Assembly: GCA_900088475.1 (NCBI GenBank)
Contig: FLMG01003792.1
Coordinates: 1-64,000, forward strand
Length of the DNA: 64,000 bases
Reading direction: 5' to 3'
Source: Hyphochytrium catenoides
Lineage: Eukaryota > Protista > Hyphochytriomycota
Shown here: piece by piece, positions 24,717 through 38,358 of the stretch
How the letters are laid out: each line of letters begins with the position of its first letter
How positions within the stretch are numbered: the stretch's first letter is position 1
Translations under genes and position numbers: made by a program
The notes under the pieces: model-generated
Told to the model about the DNA's origin: nothing
The model's input: only the letters and a program-made list of their open reading frames with translations
Databases searched by the model: none

Positions 24717-25880
24717 TTAGCAAACATCTCTGCCGTTAGGCCATGCACAACCAAGGAGGCAAACACCACGAAGGACATGACTTCATAAAAGACATCACTG
24801 TCGAGCTTTTAGTAGAGCACGGCCGCATAGAAGACAGTAGCAACGCCAATTGGGCCGATGAAAACGAGATACGCTACCTCGCTCATATTACGCGCACATG
24901 ACGAGAGCCCTCTCCGGAAGAGAACGACTAAAATGAGCCTTCTAAGTATAACTACTGCCACAAAGTATTAGACCAAGTTGCCGAGCCCAGTGTCGGTCCT
25001 TAGGGGAAAAGGCAAGGCGGTGGCGAAGAAAAAGAAGGACAATGTGAAACAGGCACATCGATAACCTCCAGAGAGCCCTGCTGCTTGTCTTGCTCGTCTT
25101 TGTCTATGGTATCAGTGTAGACGATAACTGCAGCAAACACCGCTAAGATACCATCTCAACCGAGACTCTCCACAGCTCCAAGAATGGCAAGGCACAGCAT
25201 AATGGAATAGATCAGCGATGATTCTCTATCGATTAAGTCCCGAAACTGGGCAAGCTTGAACTGTTGTGCAGCTGAGAAGCCCATGACGATTCCAACTACG
25301 ACGGCCAGGATTATCTCATAGAGGATAGTTTGATAGACCCACCTGGCGAAGCCGTTCTCAGCGCCATGAAGGATGATTATCAAGGCAGATAGAGATACGG
25401 AAAAGCTGCGCCGTCATTAATACTACTTTCAGCTTCAGGCAGGTTGCCCAGGCTGCTGGATAGGTGTTCTTCTGCAAACTTGCCTCTTGCTACCGTGACA
25501 GTAAGAATCGGGTCATTAGGAGGTTGGTCCGCCCGCCATTGCAAGAAGCTCTAGAAGGCCTACTGAGCGAAAGAGTGGGATAGCGAGCGCACAGCATACA
25601 CCCCACCCGAGAGCCATTACTGGACCTACCAAGATCAGAAGCTCCTTCCAATGCCTCCGGACCCAATACTGTGGGAGGGAGATAGCAGCTGTGGACATCA
25701 CTTAAACAGCAATAATGACGATCCTAGAAACCTCCAAACCTATCGTAAAGAGCGTATACCTGTCCGAGAGTAGTGGATCAATAAGCCCCGAGACACGAGG
25801 CCAGCAATGATGCCGAAGACAGTGGCGAACATGGGCTCCTTAAGAATCGTCTTCGTCCACTGGGTGGAAAATGAGATCCA
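24717..25880 (-). pseudogene. Na+(K+)/H+ antiporter (CPA1, Nha1/NhaP type) pseudogene, apparently intronless
   Basis: ATVFGIIAG, SRIVI, LILVGPVMALGW, DPIL..V..GKFAE, AESSINDGAAFPYLY, LIDRESSL, FIGPIGVA and FVVFASLVVHG are split by stops and frameshifts. Confidence 0.85.
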
Positions 25881-27736
25881 CAAAAAAAAATAGATCCCGC
25901 CAGCTAGGCAATACTCTACGGAATGTTGTCTACGGCACCCATCATCTTGCCCTTACTCTATCGCTCGTAAGTCGTCAGGCGGAGCTTAGGGGCGGTCCCG
26001 GCTGTGAAAGGTCAAACTGGACAGCAGAATGGGGCAGCAGTTATGGTTGGTTGGCATGATGCAGCAGCATAATTTTTGAAAGAGAGTGCCTTGACGCGGT
26101 ACAAGTATAAAATGCCTTCTTGAAGAATCTACTGAGTATTCTCCCTTTTCGGTCTGGTACCGCCGGTCGCAACGGCTTGGTACAATCATCTGCGTCTTCA
26201 GAAGCTCCTTCTTCTAGAAGTTATACCCCTGTTATTTATTCGTAGTCCATAGTCCATGAGCATCAGAAGATCTGTCGATATTCTTATTGTCTAGTAAGTA
26301 AAAGTCCTTTCTTATCTAAAGTGTTCCTGTCGCTCTCAAACTTCTCCTCAGCGATGTCTTCTGCTACTGGCAATGAGCTGCTTGAGGGCAATCTGACGAC
26401 TCTAATAACCTCTCTTTCTCAAGTGTCATTGACTCCACTACTCACGCCAATTGTAGTAGTAGTCAAGGGGGAGGAGGAAGAGTTTGGTGAGAAGCAATCA
26501 TCAATGGAATCCATAGAGCTAGCTATACCGTCGTCGAAGGAAGAAGATATTCTTGGGGCAATAGCCGATGGGCTTACAACGAGTACAAGCAGTAGACGAG
26601 GGATCTCACCAGGTTGTTGACTTTGCAGAAGAAAACCACGACTACAGCGAAGAGAGCCATCATAGTCTGAGCTCACAAGACATGAAGCGCTTCGCCAGTA
26701 TACTTCAGAGAAACTTCTCGATGCAGCATTGGCAGTGATTGATGGAGAGCATACGACCGTTGACGCTGCCAGCAAGGTCTTCAATAGCGACACGTGACGG
26801 CTATGAAAAGTAGTGGAAGCAGGATACTTCTCAAGAGTAGGGGTCGTACAGCTATCTTTGAGACGTGGGAAGAGGCGCTCCTAGTAAAGTGGTACTCTTT
26901 CTTGGCAGACGGTAGCAGAGCACTTCTCAAGAACCAAGAGCCCTCCTTATTATCGCCAATAAGTTGGCAAAAGCTCTTCATATTGAGAAACTCCAACCGA
27001 AGGGACTTTCCAGAGGATGGTGGAAAGGCTTCACTCTCAGATGGAAGAAAGGTCTGATTTGAATACCAAGCGTAAGGCTGTGGGGCTGTCGAACCATGAT
27101 GTTGGCTGTATGTGGCGGTCCATTATCTAAAGAGAAGAGTTGGGAAGGTCCAGAGGCTGGCAAGTGATCGGTTTTAAAAGGCAGTGTGTGGAGGTTCCGG
27201 ACTGGCGGTCAAGAAGAGGGTCGAGGCAGTAGTGACCAATAACTACGCTTGTTCGCCCTTCGCGATCTAATCTTGATAACTTTGTCGGTTGAGATAATGG
27301 TGCGGCGGAGCTCCGGAGTAGCAGCTACTAATGCTACTTACTGGGGAAGTCCTTGTAGACCGAGGGTAAAAAATATCCCCGTACTATGTAGCTGAGCTTC
27401 CTGAGCATTGCAGATTGATACAAGTACAGAAAAGGGTGGACAGGTTAAATCACTCAAAAACAGAGAGAGATGATTGAGATGATGGTGGTGAAGCAATTGA
27501 TAGTTTGATGACCCAAAACAACGGTCCTACCTGATTCACTTGGGGAGGACAGGTGAACTCGCTTTTATTGACGAACCTCAGCAGATTTAGAAGAAGATGT
27601 ATAAGACTCGAAAGTGACAGTAGTGAGGTGAGGTGTGTCTAGATAGGGGAAGACAAGGATATTATAACTGTGAGGTATTGCCGTCCTTCCAGTCATATAT
27701 ACCGAGTATACTAAGGTTTACATCCTTCTTGGTCAC

Positions 27737-27789
27737 CATCAACATCTCTTTGAAGACTCAACATCAACATCTCTCTCTTTGAAGACTCA
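27737..27789. repeat. Local tandem duplication of CATCAACATCTC(TCTC)TTTGAAGACTCA
   Basis: Two adjacent copies read directly. Confidence 0.85.
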
Positions 27790-27915
27790 TTCTCGGAGAG
27801 TGAGAGGGAACATCGAGAAAGAATAATGACTTTACTTCGTTGTATTTGAATCTTCTCCTCCTACGACGGTCTGGCGATGGTGGTATCAGGTTATTTAGGA
27901 ATACCCATCGCATCA

Positions 27916-28770
27916 TTACCCTTCGCCGCAGAATGTTGTCTTTTTTCCATCGTTGCCTCTCACCACGTTCACTTTCCTTGTCAAGCTAGAGTCCCCTCTG
28001 CTCTTACACCAACTCACCCAAGCCGATAAATTGCCTGTTCTCCCTAGTAGAACGAAGTAGTAGAAGTCTAAATGCTGTTGTTCTTCAAACAGATGGATGG
28101 AGTTTGGGATAGTATGGGCACCCGCGAGCTTCTTTACGATAGCTGCCTTAATTCCATGTAGATCTCTACATCCTTCTCCGTAATCCTGACGCCACACGTG
28201 ACCACAGACTGCTGCCGCGTGTAGCAGTTGGATGCACCACCAGCACCAAGAATATTTCTAATCAGCTTGGACAGACAGTGAAGAGGCCCCTTTGACCAGT
28301 ACGTAATGTGGTTGAGGTGCACCTTGTCAATCCACTACACTCAGCGTACGTGATTATCATTAGCAGCACAGCTGACATCTTGCATAGGCATTGACCAGGA
28401 AGTTGATCATGTCCTCTGGCCGTACTTTTTATCATTAAAGTGGATCTACTTGGCCCCTTGCAAAGGACAATGCGCTGGACTTATACTGCTTGAATGTGCT
28501 TCCCTTGGTTCATGGGCTTCCATTTGATGAGTCTTGAGAGCTTTTGCCTGAAAATGCCTGGCATTTTGGGCCATTTCTGGGGACTAGGCCCCGGCGATCT
28601 TGGCATCTCAATCTGTAGGGGTTCGTAGCACTCGGACAAGTGCTCTGTCTGGACGTGTTTGATGAGCAGCTCTCTGCTTAAGTTCGCATGGTGGGATGTT
28701 ACCACATATTTGCATCGGTGTCCAGTGGAGTCGCTGTAGACGCATCTTCTTGCGCAAGTTTCTCCCATTT
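27916..28770 (-). mobile_element. Possible hAT-type DNA transposase relic
   Basis: A BED/C2H2-like finger (C..SDSTGHRC....LIKHVQTEH) is followed by PLHCLSKLIRNIL, resembling the hAT CxxHxLxLxV motif. Multiple stops. Confidence 0.25.
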
Positions 28771-29967
28771 ACCTTTTTATTTAAGTAAGTAAAACGGTTG
28801 CTGTCAGCGAGTCAAAGAGCCGAGGGTGTTTCTTCTGCTTGTGCCGTTGGGACGTTAAAGAGACTTTGTCTACTTTGCTTCCAAACAACTAACCTTACCC
28901 AAGCAACTAACAACGATAGCTGAAGGCACAACACCACCTAGTAAAAGCAAAAATCCAAGGCAAAGATTACGAGTTGATTGAAAAGCGGACGACGCAGGCG
29001 GCGTTCGGAGCGCCTAGCAAATTACTTGCTCGCACGCGCGCACCGCGCCAGGTAAGGTCAGAACTCCACCCAAAAACCTTCTTCTCCCACCAATACTTTC
29101 GTCGATCAATGGTGGATTTTATTACAGATGCATCATGATGAGCTGACTTAGCAGTGCTAGGCTGTAAAAGGCGATCTTGCGGCCTGTAACTCCATCCCAA
29201 CGAAGAACGAAATGTATTGTCCTCCTGAAGTTTACCGAAGATTGTTTCTATATTCTCTAGACGGAATTGGAGTCTCCAGAAGTGTGGGAACTCTCATTCA
29301 TTTCATTTTTTGGTTCTCTCTTTTCTTGATTTCTGGCATCCATAAACTGGCCCCAAGACAAACACGACCATTTATTTCCAGACCAGCTTCTGGCTGTTCT
29401 CTTTTACTAATCTGGATGCTGAGAATGGACTTCAAAGTGGAGATCAGCCAATTGCATTTTATAGACTCTGAAGATCATAGTCCAAATGGTCTCGCAGTAC
29501 CGATTGGTGAAGATTGCGAGTGCTCCAGCCTATGGGACCGTTCCTCACTAAATCTGCTGCTGCTGCGGCCCAATATATATATATAGCTCTCTGGCTGCAA
29601 TCCTCTATCTGCAAGCAGCTCCTCCTTTCTTTGTTCCCAACAGTAGGTCCTGTAACCCTCCCTTTCTTCGGTGACATGAATGAGTGAAGAATGAAGCTAC
29701 TCTTCCCAGACGGGTAGCTGCTACTGACAACTGACCAGTGACAGCTTCAGACTAAGAGACATAAGGCCTTGCGAGGTTCTAGTGTAGGAATCCACTCCTT
29801 TTCTTTAATCATCACTTTGTTCTGACTACCTCTGTTCTTCCTACTTGCCATTCAACCACCATTACCGCAAAATAGGGACTAGTGAAGGTCTATTACTTAG
29901 TAGTCAATCACGCTCCTCCTCCTGCCTCCTCCTTCGCTATGTAAGCATTTATATAATGGGAGGTACT

Positions 29968-30019
29968 ACTAGCAGCAGCAGGAGAGCTCCTACCATAGAG
30001 CCCTCCTGCTGCTGCTAGT
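29968..30019. other. 22-bp near-perfect hairpin with 8-nt loop
   Basis: ACTAGCAGCAGCAGGAGAGCTC-ctaccata-GAGCCCTCCTGCTGCTGCTAGT (one mismatch), with TTTATATAA just upstream at 29948-29956. Confidence 0.85.
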
Positions 30020-30528
30020 CCTCCTTCGTAAAGGCTGTTCTCGTCAATGAAAGATGAGGGTCAGGCGAGAGGAAGGGACCGGTAATAACAGCCTTGAAGG
30101 ATGTCTGTCAGTGTGTCCCTTGTGATGTGTGACGGCGGTGGGGTAGAAGAATGGGGTTATTTACACATTTGATAAAATCTACCTTCGTGCTTGCCTGGAC
30201 CGGCCAGCGTTCACTTGGCCACGACGTATACTCTTCTCGGTCGCGTCCTCCCCTCCGTAGTTCTTCTCTCCATAGCGAAAGGCAGATAGGAGGAGGGAAG
30301 TCTGATGTTAGGGAGGATGACACTTACCAATCTGCTGCCTAACTAGGAGAACACTTCCCGCTTACAACTTTGCCTCTTGCTGCCCTCGCTTTTCTAAATG
30401 TGTAATATCAGCTGCTAAAAAATCTCTAAGTTCTCGCTACTAATCAGCCCCAATCCTAATCTCTTAGAGCTACGTTGAGTGCGGGTGCTCAGTACCTCGT
30501 AGACTTGGAATAACGACAGATAGCACAG

Positions 30529-33049
30529 ATGAGTGACGGCAATGGAGCTTCAGGGGGCGGAGGTGGTGCGGAGAACCCCTTTGCGGAGCGAGCTCAAAAT
30601 TACTCTAACTCTTCGAGTGAGTTCTTCACTACTCTCATCGCCACCGGCGCAGTGGGATTAGTCCTACTCGCACTCTTCGTTTGTCTCAGGAACAGAGTAA
30701 GTTCGCAATATTGCAGTATCTATCGCGGGAGCAGCTAAATGACGACTGACCTCTCTCTATTCCTGGTGCTTGTTCTCCCTCCATCCTCTGTACTGTCTTC
30801 CATCAATAATTCTCATCCTGCCTGCACCTTTCTTCCATCTTCTCTTACAGCGGCCACACCTTTACATCCCCAAGCTGCTTCTCACAAAGGAGACTCTACC
30901 ACCGCCTCCTTCGTCCATATTCCGGTGGGCTCTTACCTTACCGCGTATACAGGATCAAGTTATCTACCAGCACGCAGGGCTAGACTCGCTCATTGTCCTT
31001 CGCTTCCATAGGTGAAAGAATACTCTTCTACTAGTTCTCCTCACCTCCTCACCTCTTCATTTCTACAAGATATTGTACCGTTGAGCATCCTTCATCTCCA
31101 CTGATTGCTTTTCCACCTGCAGCTGTGGTTATTAAATTTCTTTGCTGAAGGTTAAGTTTCAGACCGTCGTCGCCTTCATAACTTTTGGGGGGGCTAACGT
31201 CAGCTGTTTTGGCAAGATGCACCTCGTTATAGCTTGATCTAACTTCCGCTGAAGGTTGGTCGTGACCACTCTTGGCCTTTTCGCTATATATGGACTGGGT
31301 TGCCTCATTCCAATCTATGTCACCGGGGGCCAGGGCCAGAGTGGGATGAACAAGCTAACCGTTATGAACGTATCTGATTCTCAAGATGGACGGGTAAGCG
31401 ATTTCTCTGAGTCAAACCTAGCGATAATAAGGCAAAAGTGAAGAAGAAATGAGAGGCAGTTCCTACTCCTTTTGTTTGATTCCCTTGACGTTCACCTACT
31501 ACATCGAGTCACCATTGATACCCCTGCCCCTATCGTCATATAGAGACCCCTTAACTCCTGCAAGGTTGCTGTCTCACCCTTGTTCAGTCTTACCTAACCC
31601 GCCTTGTTGTACACTTCCCTTTCTCTTCCGTGTCTTTCCTCCTCTCTTCTGATCTCTGCGCCCGATCCCTGCAGTTATGGTCGACATTGGTTGGGGTCTA
31701 CCTCCTGACGTTCCTGGTCCTCTTCTTCCTATATCGAGAGTATAAGGTCTTTGCCTTCTACCGGGATCTGGATCTGAAGCGCATTGAACCTCGAAGCTAC
31801 ACCCTTCTTGTTATGGACATTCCCAGGGAAAAGAGGAACAGAGCGGAGGTGACCAGGCTTATGGAGAAACTCTTTCCAGGACATGTTCAGGCTGTGCATA
31901 TGGTGGTGCCCAAGGTAATAAGGCGGCTCTGCTCACCAGGAGGCCAGCACTCCGTTCCTTTCATCAGCACCATGCTCCGCTGGTGCGCGCGAATAATCCC
32001 TGCCATTGTCTGCTCAACCTCCTCTCCTGTCTGGCTACGTATGTCGTCAAGCGGTCTCCTCTATTCAACACGTCTTGTCTCTAGGCAAAGCGATTCTGAA
32101 CTACTATCGCGTCTCTCTTCTCCTTCCATTAAATGAACGCTCATGCCTATTTCCTAAAGGATGATCTCGCAAGGGCTGTTAAACAGCATGACGCCGCAGT
32201 CATTAGCTATCAGGCGGCAAGGCTAAAGGAAGATACAACCGGACAGAGGCCACAGCATCGCTTGCGCATGTGCGGCCGGAAGACTGACTCTATCTCCTAC
32301 TACGAGGAGGAGGTGGAGGACCTAGACACCCAAATTCGGGAGCTTCAAGATGATGTGCGCCTCCGAGTACGTCCGTCCACTTGCTTTCCGACGGTTGGCG
32401 GTCGTCGGCTAGCCCTTATCAAATTCCTTTCGTCTCTTCCGTCCTCACTTTCCTGGTTCATAGCGAAGACCTTCTTGGTCTTACTTATCAACCAGCGGTG
32501 CCCTTTTCCCTTCTTTGCTTCCCCCACTGATGCTCGTTTCGCTTGCTTCCTCTTCGTGCCGTCCAACTAAGTCTTCTTGCCGGACCTCTGTCCTCTTGCA
32601 GGAGCCCACACACTGCTGCTTTGTCACTCTGTCTCAGCGGAGCAAGGTCATAGTCGGAAGCCAAACTCGTCTTTTCAAAGACCCCTTCCACTATGAGATG
32701 TTCGAAGCACCGGATAACAAAGATGTCATATGGGAAAACCTAAAGATTGAGAAAAGACAGCGATCTGTTCGCTTTATAGCTGTCTCCGTCATCGTTGCTG
32801 TCCTGCTGTTCTTCTGGTACATTCCCGTGGTCTTCGTTAGCGGTCTGTTTAACATGGATAACTTGACATCAGCCTTCCCGTTCATGGAGTCAGTCCTCGA
32901 CTCCTCGTCCGTGGTCAGAGGTAAGGGAGAAGCTAAGACGAGGCCGTCCCTTAAGCCTATTGCTTTGCTACTCTGGGCACACCCTGCCACTTGCGGATAT
33001 TTTTTCTTCAAACTCACTTTCTCTCACATGCTCTGTCCCCCCCCCNNNN

Positions 33050-33086
<37 letters not shown>

Positions 33087-35069
33087 TCCTCTCTCTGCAT
33101 TCAACATCCCTCTGCCTCTTTCTTCCTGCTCTCTATGGTTTTTACGTGCCTCTTCTTCCATATGGAGTTACTTCCCCTACACTTTGTCTCTCCCTGTCTC
33201 TATCTTCTCCAAGTGTCTCTTCCATGGAGTTGGCTCTCCCTTAAGCTACGATTACTAAGACTGGCATGTGCGCTAACCACCCGTTTTCAGGTCTCATTAG
33301 CGGGCTGCTTCCTGCTTTAGTGCTCAAAGCGTTCATGGTCCTGCTGGTTAGGATTGTTACCTTCTTGTCGAAGTTTGAAGGGCGATGGACATGGAGCTCC
33401 GTCGCTCTTGGTACTCTAACGAAGCTTTTCTTCTTCAACGTACGTAGGCGGAGAAGGAAGCTGACAGCCAGCTTCTGCCTCTCTCTTGCTTGATATATAT
33501 ACTCTACTATCGTTGACGCTCTCTTTATTTAGTCTGCTCGAAACGGCAGCAAGCTCCATCATTGAAGTGCATGCGCAAGTTCCGCTCTCGCCTCAACCTT
33601 TGTGGATCCCTCTGTTATGTACTTTATCATCCTCTCTCCTCCATCCTCTCCTATCGGTCGCCGCCACCAGCTTGTGATTGACGATCCGATGTAGATATTG
33701 AACATTCTCTTAGGAGTTACGCTCACGGGTACCGTTCTGGACATCATAGACACAGCAGTAGACAACCCTTCGGAGCTGGTCGAATTGTTGGCTGACTCTC
33801 TCCCGCGCCAGTCAACTTTCTTCTTGAACTACGTTATGCTTAATGCCTTCGTGGTCCTGCCTTTTCGGCTTATGAGACTGAAGAGGCTAATTATCAATTG
33901 GATGAAGACGAGGAAAGCGACAACTAGTAGGCAGAAGAGAGATGCCTGGGTACCAGGTTAGCTAGAGTTTAGGAGTCTGTTCTGTCCATTCTTGATGCGC
34001 TTGCTTCCTTGCTCAAGTAGTCTCTCTCTCTCTCTCTCCACACCACGCTCTGTTTGCCTCCACCTCTTTCTGTTCAGTCTCATTGTTGGTCGTTGCCTCC
34101 GTTCTAGCTACAACTCTTGACTCTTCTTCAGCCGTCTGCTTCTTAATTCTTCCCTCCCCTAACTCTCCGTGGACGCCAGATTCTTCCCTATGCTGTTCGA
34201 CTCCCTACTCTATCTATGACCTATAAATGATCCCATCACTGTTCCTTTCTTTGTCTAGGAGAGCCACGTCACGGGGTATTTGTGGCTCAGGATCTGTTGA
34301 TCCTCGCTATCTCTCTGGCCTACTCTTGCATCGCTCCTCTTATGCTAGTCTTCGGCCTATTATACTTCGTGCTGGCATACTATACGACGCTTAACCACGC
34401 TCTTTACGTGCACATTCCGCAGTTCAGGTGAGCTTGACAGGAGACTTATCCCTTATAGTCCTCGCTTAGAGCTCACCTTGTTCCCAAATGTAGCACCGAA
34501 GGGCGTATCTGGAACTCCATAGTACGAAAGGTGATGATCAGCACTCTCATCTTCCAGCTCCTCATGGCTGGACAACTGGGGATAAAGCGGGCGGCAGTGA
34601 GCGCTCCGCTCGTTGCTATTCCAGTCGTTATGACCGTACTCTTCTGGCGCCGCATCACGACGTTCTATAAGCCCAGCACCACGAAGCCATCCCTGGAGGC
34701 AGCTGTTGAGCAGGATCTCTTTGAGATGGAGGTTAGACAAGAGAACTGTTCGTCCTTCTATCTCTTCCCATGTGTCGCTGCAGTCAGGACCTGGCCTCCA
34801 TTCACCTAACTTTTGTCCCCTTTCCCACTGCCTTCCCCGTCCTCCCTCCGCCGATCCTCAAGAACCAGCAGCAGACGGCTCAGATGGCCGCTGCTACCGG
34901 CCGTCCAGCTGGTCAGCCTCAGGAGGGTCTTTCAGAGAGAAAACTCGTCAACGCCTACGATCCGTACAACTATCCGCCGGTGAAGAAATATCAGCTCTAT
35001 GAAGAAGATTCTCTTAGAAACCCGTATGAAGAGGAAGACAGTTATCAGCTCTGGCAGGGGAGGCTATAG
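30529..35069 (+). CDS. OSCA/TMEM63/CSC1 (ERD4-like, RSN1/DUF221) calcium-permeable channel; 11 exons: 30529-30696, 30851-31011, 31255-31393, 31675-31914, 32160-32366, 32602-32920, 33291-33439, 33695-33956, 34259-34427, 34494-34731, 34863-35069
   Basis: LYIPK, AGLDSLIVLRF, YTLLVMDIP, CFVT, APDNKDVIWENL, FWYIPVVFV, GLLPAL, LADSLPRQSTFFLNYVML, YSCIAPL and ALYVH. All GT-AG junctions splice in frame. Confidence 0.93.
33037..33085. repeat. Poly-C / N gap / (CT)n microsatellite inside OSCA intron 6
   Basis: Direct reading. Confidence 0.9.
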
Positions 35070-36540
35070 CCCACTAAAGATCTAAGGGGTGGACCGTAGA
35101 CCTTCCAACATGTCAAGGGCGAGCTTTTGCTCTTCTGTCAAGCTTCTCTATGTCGCTATCGTCTGAAGGGCAGCCACCCACTTGCTTCCCAGTTGCCGAC
35201 TACTTAGCGTTAATGAGAGTGTCGTTAGATCTACTTCCTCTGTCCTTGTGAGCTCCAAAATAGCACAGGAAGAGATATTATTGCCTCTTAGAATAAGGGA
35301 TGATTCTTCTCGCCTCTTGCGTCGGAACTTCTTTTGATGAGAAGGGGGTATCAGACCGATGGGAATAGAACTATGAGCTTCCCCAACGGCTTCGCCAGTT
35401 TGATAAAGAGGAGGGCCCTCATCCTTGCTGCAAGGTAAAGGCCCGTTGTGGCCGGAAGGTCATCTGCGAGCACCTGCAATCGCACGGTCATCGTCACCAC
35501 ATATATATATAATGCAGCGGTCTCTATGAAGGACCTGCTATTCAGTGCAATGGCGACACACCATTAGCCGCTGCAGGGAAGAAGGGAGGAGTGTGCGACA
35601 TAGTTATGCCAGTTGTTTGAGGACAAGCTTCACGATGGTGACCACATAGAGTCGCCAAGTGTGACAACAAGAGAGAGACCCAAGAGGGGTGAACAAGAGG
35701 CACGAAGACGAGAGACCCTAGAGGGGACAACAAGAGGCACAAAGACGAGAGACACAAGAGTGGCTAAAAGACACCAATAGAGAGATCCAAGAGAGAGACC
35801 AAGAGAGAGACCCAGAGGGAGAATGATCCACAGATAGAGAGACCAAAGAGAAGAAACGAAGAGAAAGGGGAGGAGCCATCTAAAGAGAGACAGGTAGGCA
35901 GAGAACCTGCAAAAGAAGAGGCGAGAAGACGAGTAGTTCCTAGGAGGCGGGGGATCTGGACCCCAGAAGCTGTACTTAGTTCTAAATAGGGAGATGCGAG
36001 ACCCTAGAAAGAAAGAAAATGCCCTCTCTCTTTCTCTCTCTCTCTTTCTGTCTCTCCCTACATCTGTGTGTGTTTCCTTTCTCTCAGTCCCCCATTCTCT
36101 TTCTCTCTCTACCGCCCGCTGTGTGCCTTGGTCTTCTCTTCTCTATTCTTCCTCCCTTATATTACATTCTCTCTCCAGTGTTCCTCTCTCTCCCTCTTGT
36201 GACTTGACTTTACCAGAGCGGCGACAGAGATCGACGCAACCAAGCTCGTTGCTCTCCCAGCAGCTGGTCGAGAGTGTGGATAGAGAGAGACCTTGTCCCC
36301 ATTGAATGAAAGGGGCAAGACCCCATCCCATAGAGAGATCCACCGAACCAAAGAGTTGCTCTGTTCTTAGGCTGTTCTCCCGCCCGAAGAAGAGGTCCTC
36401 CAAGGACCCTCTGTCCATCCGTTCCAAGGAAGTCTCGTCCGGACGCAGTCCATCCTCTTATGCTATGGGAATGGAGAGCACAACTAAGCGAGAACGCCCT
36501 AGCTCTGAAGGTTTAGGCTAGGCTCCAGACAGGATAATGT

Positions 36541-38358
36541 ATGGTCGCTCCTGAGGAAAAGAAAGGCAGCCGAAATGCAACATCGCTCTCTTATCTCTTG
36601 CCAGGTGGCTGCGAGGAAGTGGAGGGCCGTTCGGCTACGTCGTCCACAGGGCAACAAGGGAAGGCAGTCAGCCGGGACCTGAGGCTGTCACGGGCGTCAT
36701 GCCGGCCACAGCCGAGAGAGTCCCGAGATCTCTCTTCCTCAGCTCTCAAGCCATGTGTCTCCTGCCCAACCATACCGCCGCCCTTCTTCGACACTGAAAG
36801 AAGCAGACGACGAGGCGACCTTTGAGGTCGTCTCTGCCGTTCCTCCGCCTGGGATCAACTTCAATCGGGACAGTCTGCTGGCCAGAGTGGCAGGCTGGGA
36901 CGCGTGGACGGCCTATTGCCGCTTTGGATGGCGGCACAAGGTCATCTTCTGGCTACTCTTCCTCGCGTACATGGCTGGGATGTTACACTTAGCGCTCATC
37001 ACCGACCTCATGTCCAAGAAGACAGAATCACAGCTCTTCCATCTTCCCTTCGTGATAATGGTCCCTTCAATGGTCCACATCTCGCTCTTCCTCAACGCTT
37101 TACTGCGCTATCATGCCGTCCGCTTCTCCCAATTCTGGTATATTGCGACAGCGGACTTTACTCTGCAATGGCGATCTCTTCCTGCCTTGACCTTCGTGGT
37201 CTGCTTCTCATCCCTGCGTGGTGTGCTATGAAGCTGGCGGATCTAGTGGACATGACTCAACCAACGGTTCGTCAAGGGTATCATATGGCCATGCTGCAGT
37301 GCGTGGTCGCGAACAGCCCTGCCCTAGTCGCGATAGTTGGCGGCTATGTCGACGAAGCCTATGATATATCCTGGCGCTTTGGAGGTTGGAGTTCACTGCC
37401 GCCGACCTGCAGTCTCAGATGGCAACGTCTATTGTCACCTTCGATGCAGCGAACTGCATTCAATTATTTTATCGCACTATGGAATAGGCCTACCGTGGCC
37501 GTGTGATCTGTGTGAACATTCCCTGGACGCTCACCTGCAGGCCGAAGAGTACATCTCCAACGGGCTGCTGTCTGGCTGTACCTAGTCCCCTGCCCATCGA
37601 CGAAGGCGCCAAAGCCACGGCAGAAGGAAAGGTGATAGAGTTAGCTAAGAATGAAGGCGTAGCAGGGGCGCCTCGTCGCGTCCACCCGGCTAGACCTCCT
37701 CTTCGCTCCTCGCCCTTGAGTCTGCTGATCACGCCGCAGGGTCCGCAGCGCGGCCCAACAACAATGGAGCTGGGAAGCGCCTTACCCTAAACACGCCGAC
37801 AAAGGTGATGGTCTTTACAGGGTCAGATAGTGTGTCTGAGAAGCTCTTCTGCTGCGGTACCTCTTCCAACAATTGTGTCTGTCAAGATGCTCGAAATGAC
37901 GCGGGGCTGGAGCCCTCGGGCACAGATGCGGGCTGGACTACTTATGAATAGCCTTGCTTTCCTTGGCATTCTGTTCTGCACCTTTTTCTGCTTTGCGTCG
38001 TCCCGCCGAGCGACATACCAGAAGAACCAGCAGGATTAGCGGCATTGAAGGAGGAGAAGGTATGCCTAGCACTGGGGGTGTCGCAGGAGAAGTTTTGGCA
38101 GGTCAAGCGACAGCTGTCCTTGGTCTGCTTTTTATCCCGCTGTGGAGTTTGTATGTTGTTTCCATGTACAATGTAACTCTGTTGCGTGAAGTCTACAAGT
38201 CCATTGAAGTCTCTTTTTTTACCTTGCAGTCCGTAGTTCTTTCTCTCTGTCTCTTCGACGCCTTTGAGTACGATGCTCGATGCGTCTGCCTCGTGGTCTT
38301 CTTCTTCGCCTTCAGGCAAGATCTCCTCCGCTCTCTGCCCAGCTCCGTATCAGCCTGA
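36541..38358 (+). pseudogene. Frameshifted multi-pass membrane protein gene of unknown family with two internally similar TM halves
   Basis: Hydrophobic ORF pieces in alternating frames. The first half (LLRYHAVRFSQFWY) and second half (LLREVYKSIEVSFF..FDAFEYDARC) look like repeats of one TM module. Confidence 0.4.

Noticed and set aside
26321-27163. Overlapping ORFs on both strands
   Set aside because: Possibly a decayed gene, but no family motif could be identified.
1656-35069. CAX, PhoD, Nha1 pseudogene and OSCA as a calcium/ion-homeostasis cluster
   Set aside because: They are spread over 33 kb with TE debris and unrelated genes between them; there is no sequence evidence of co-regulation.
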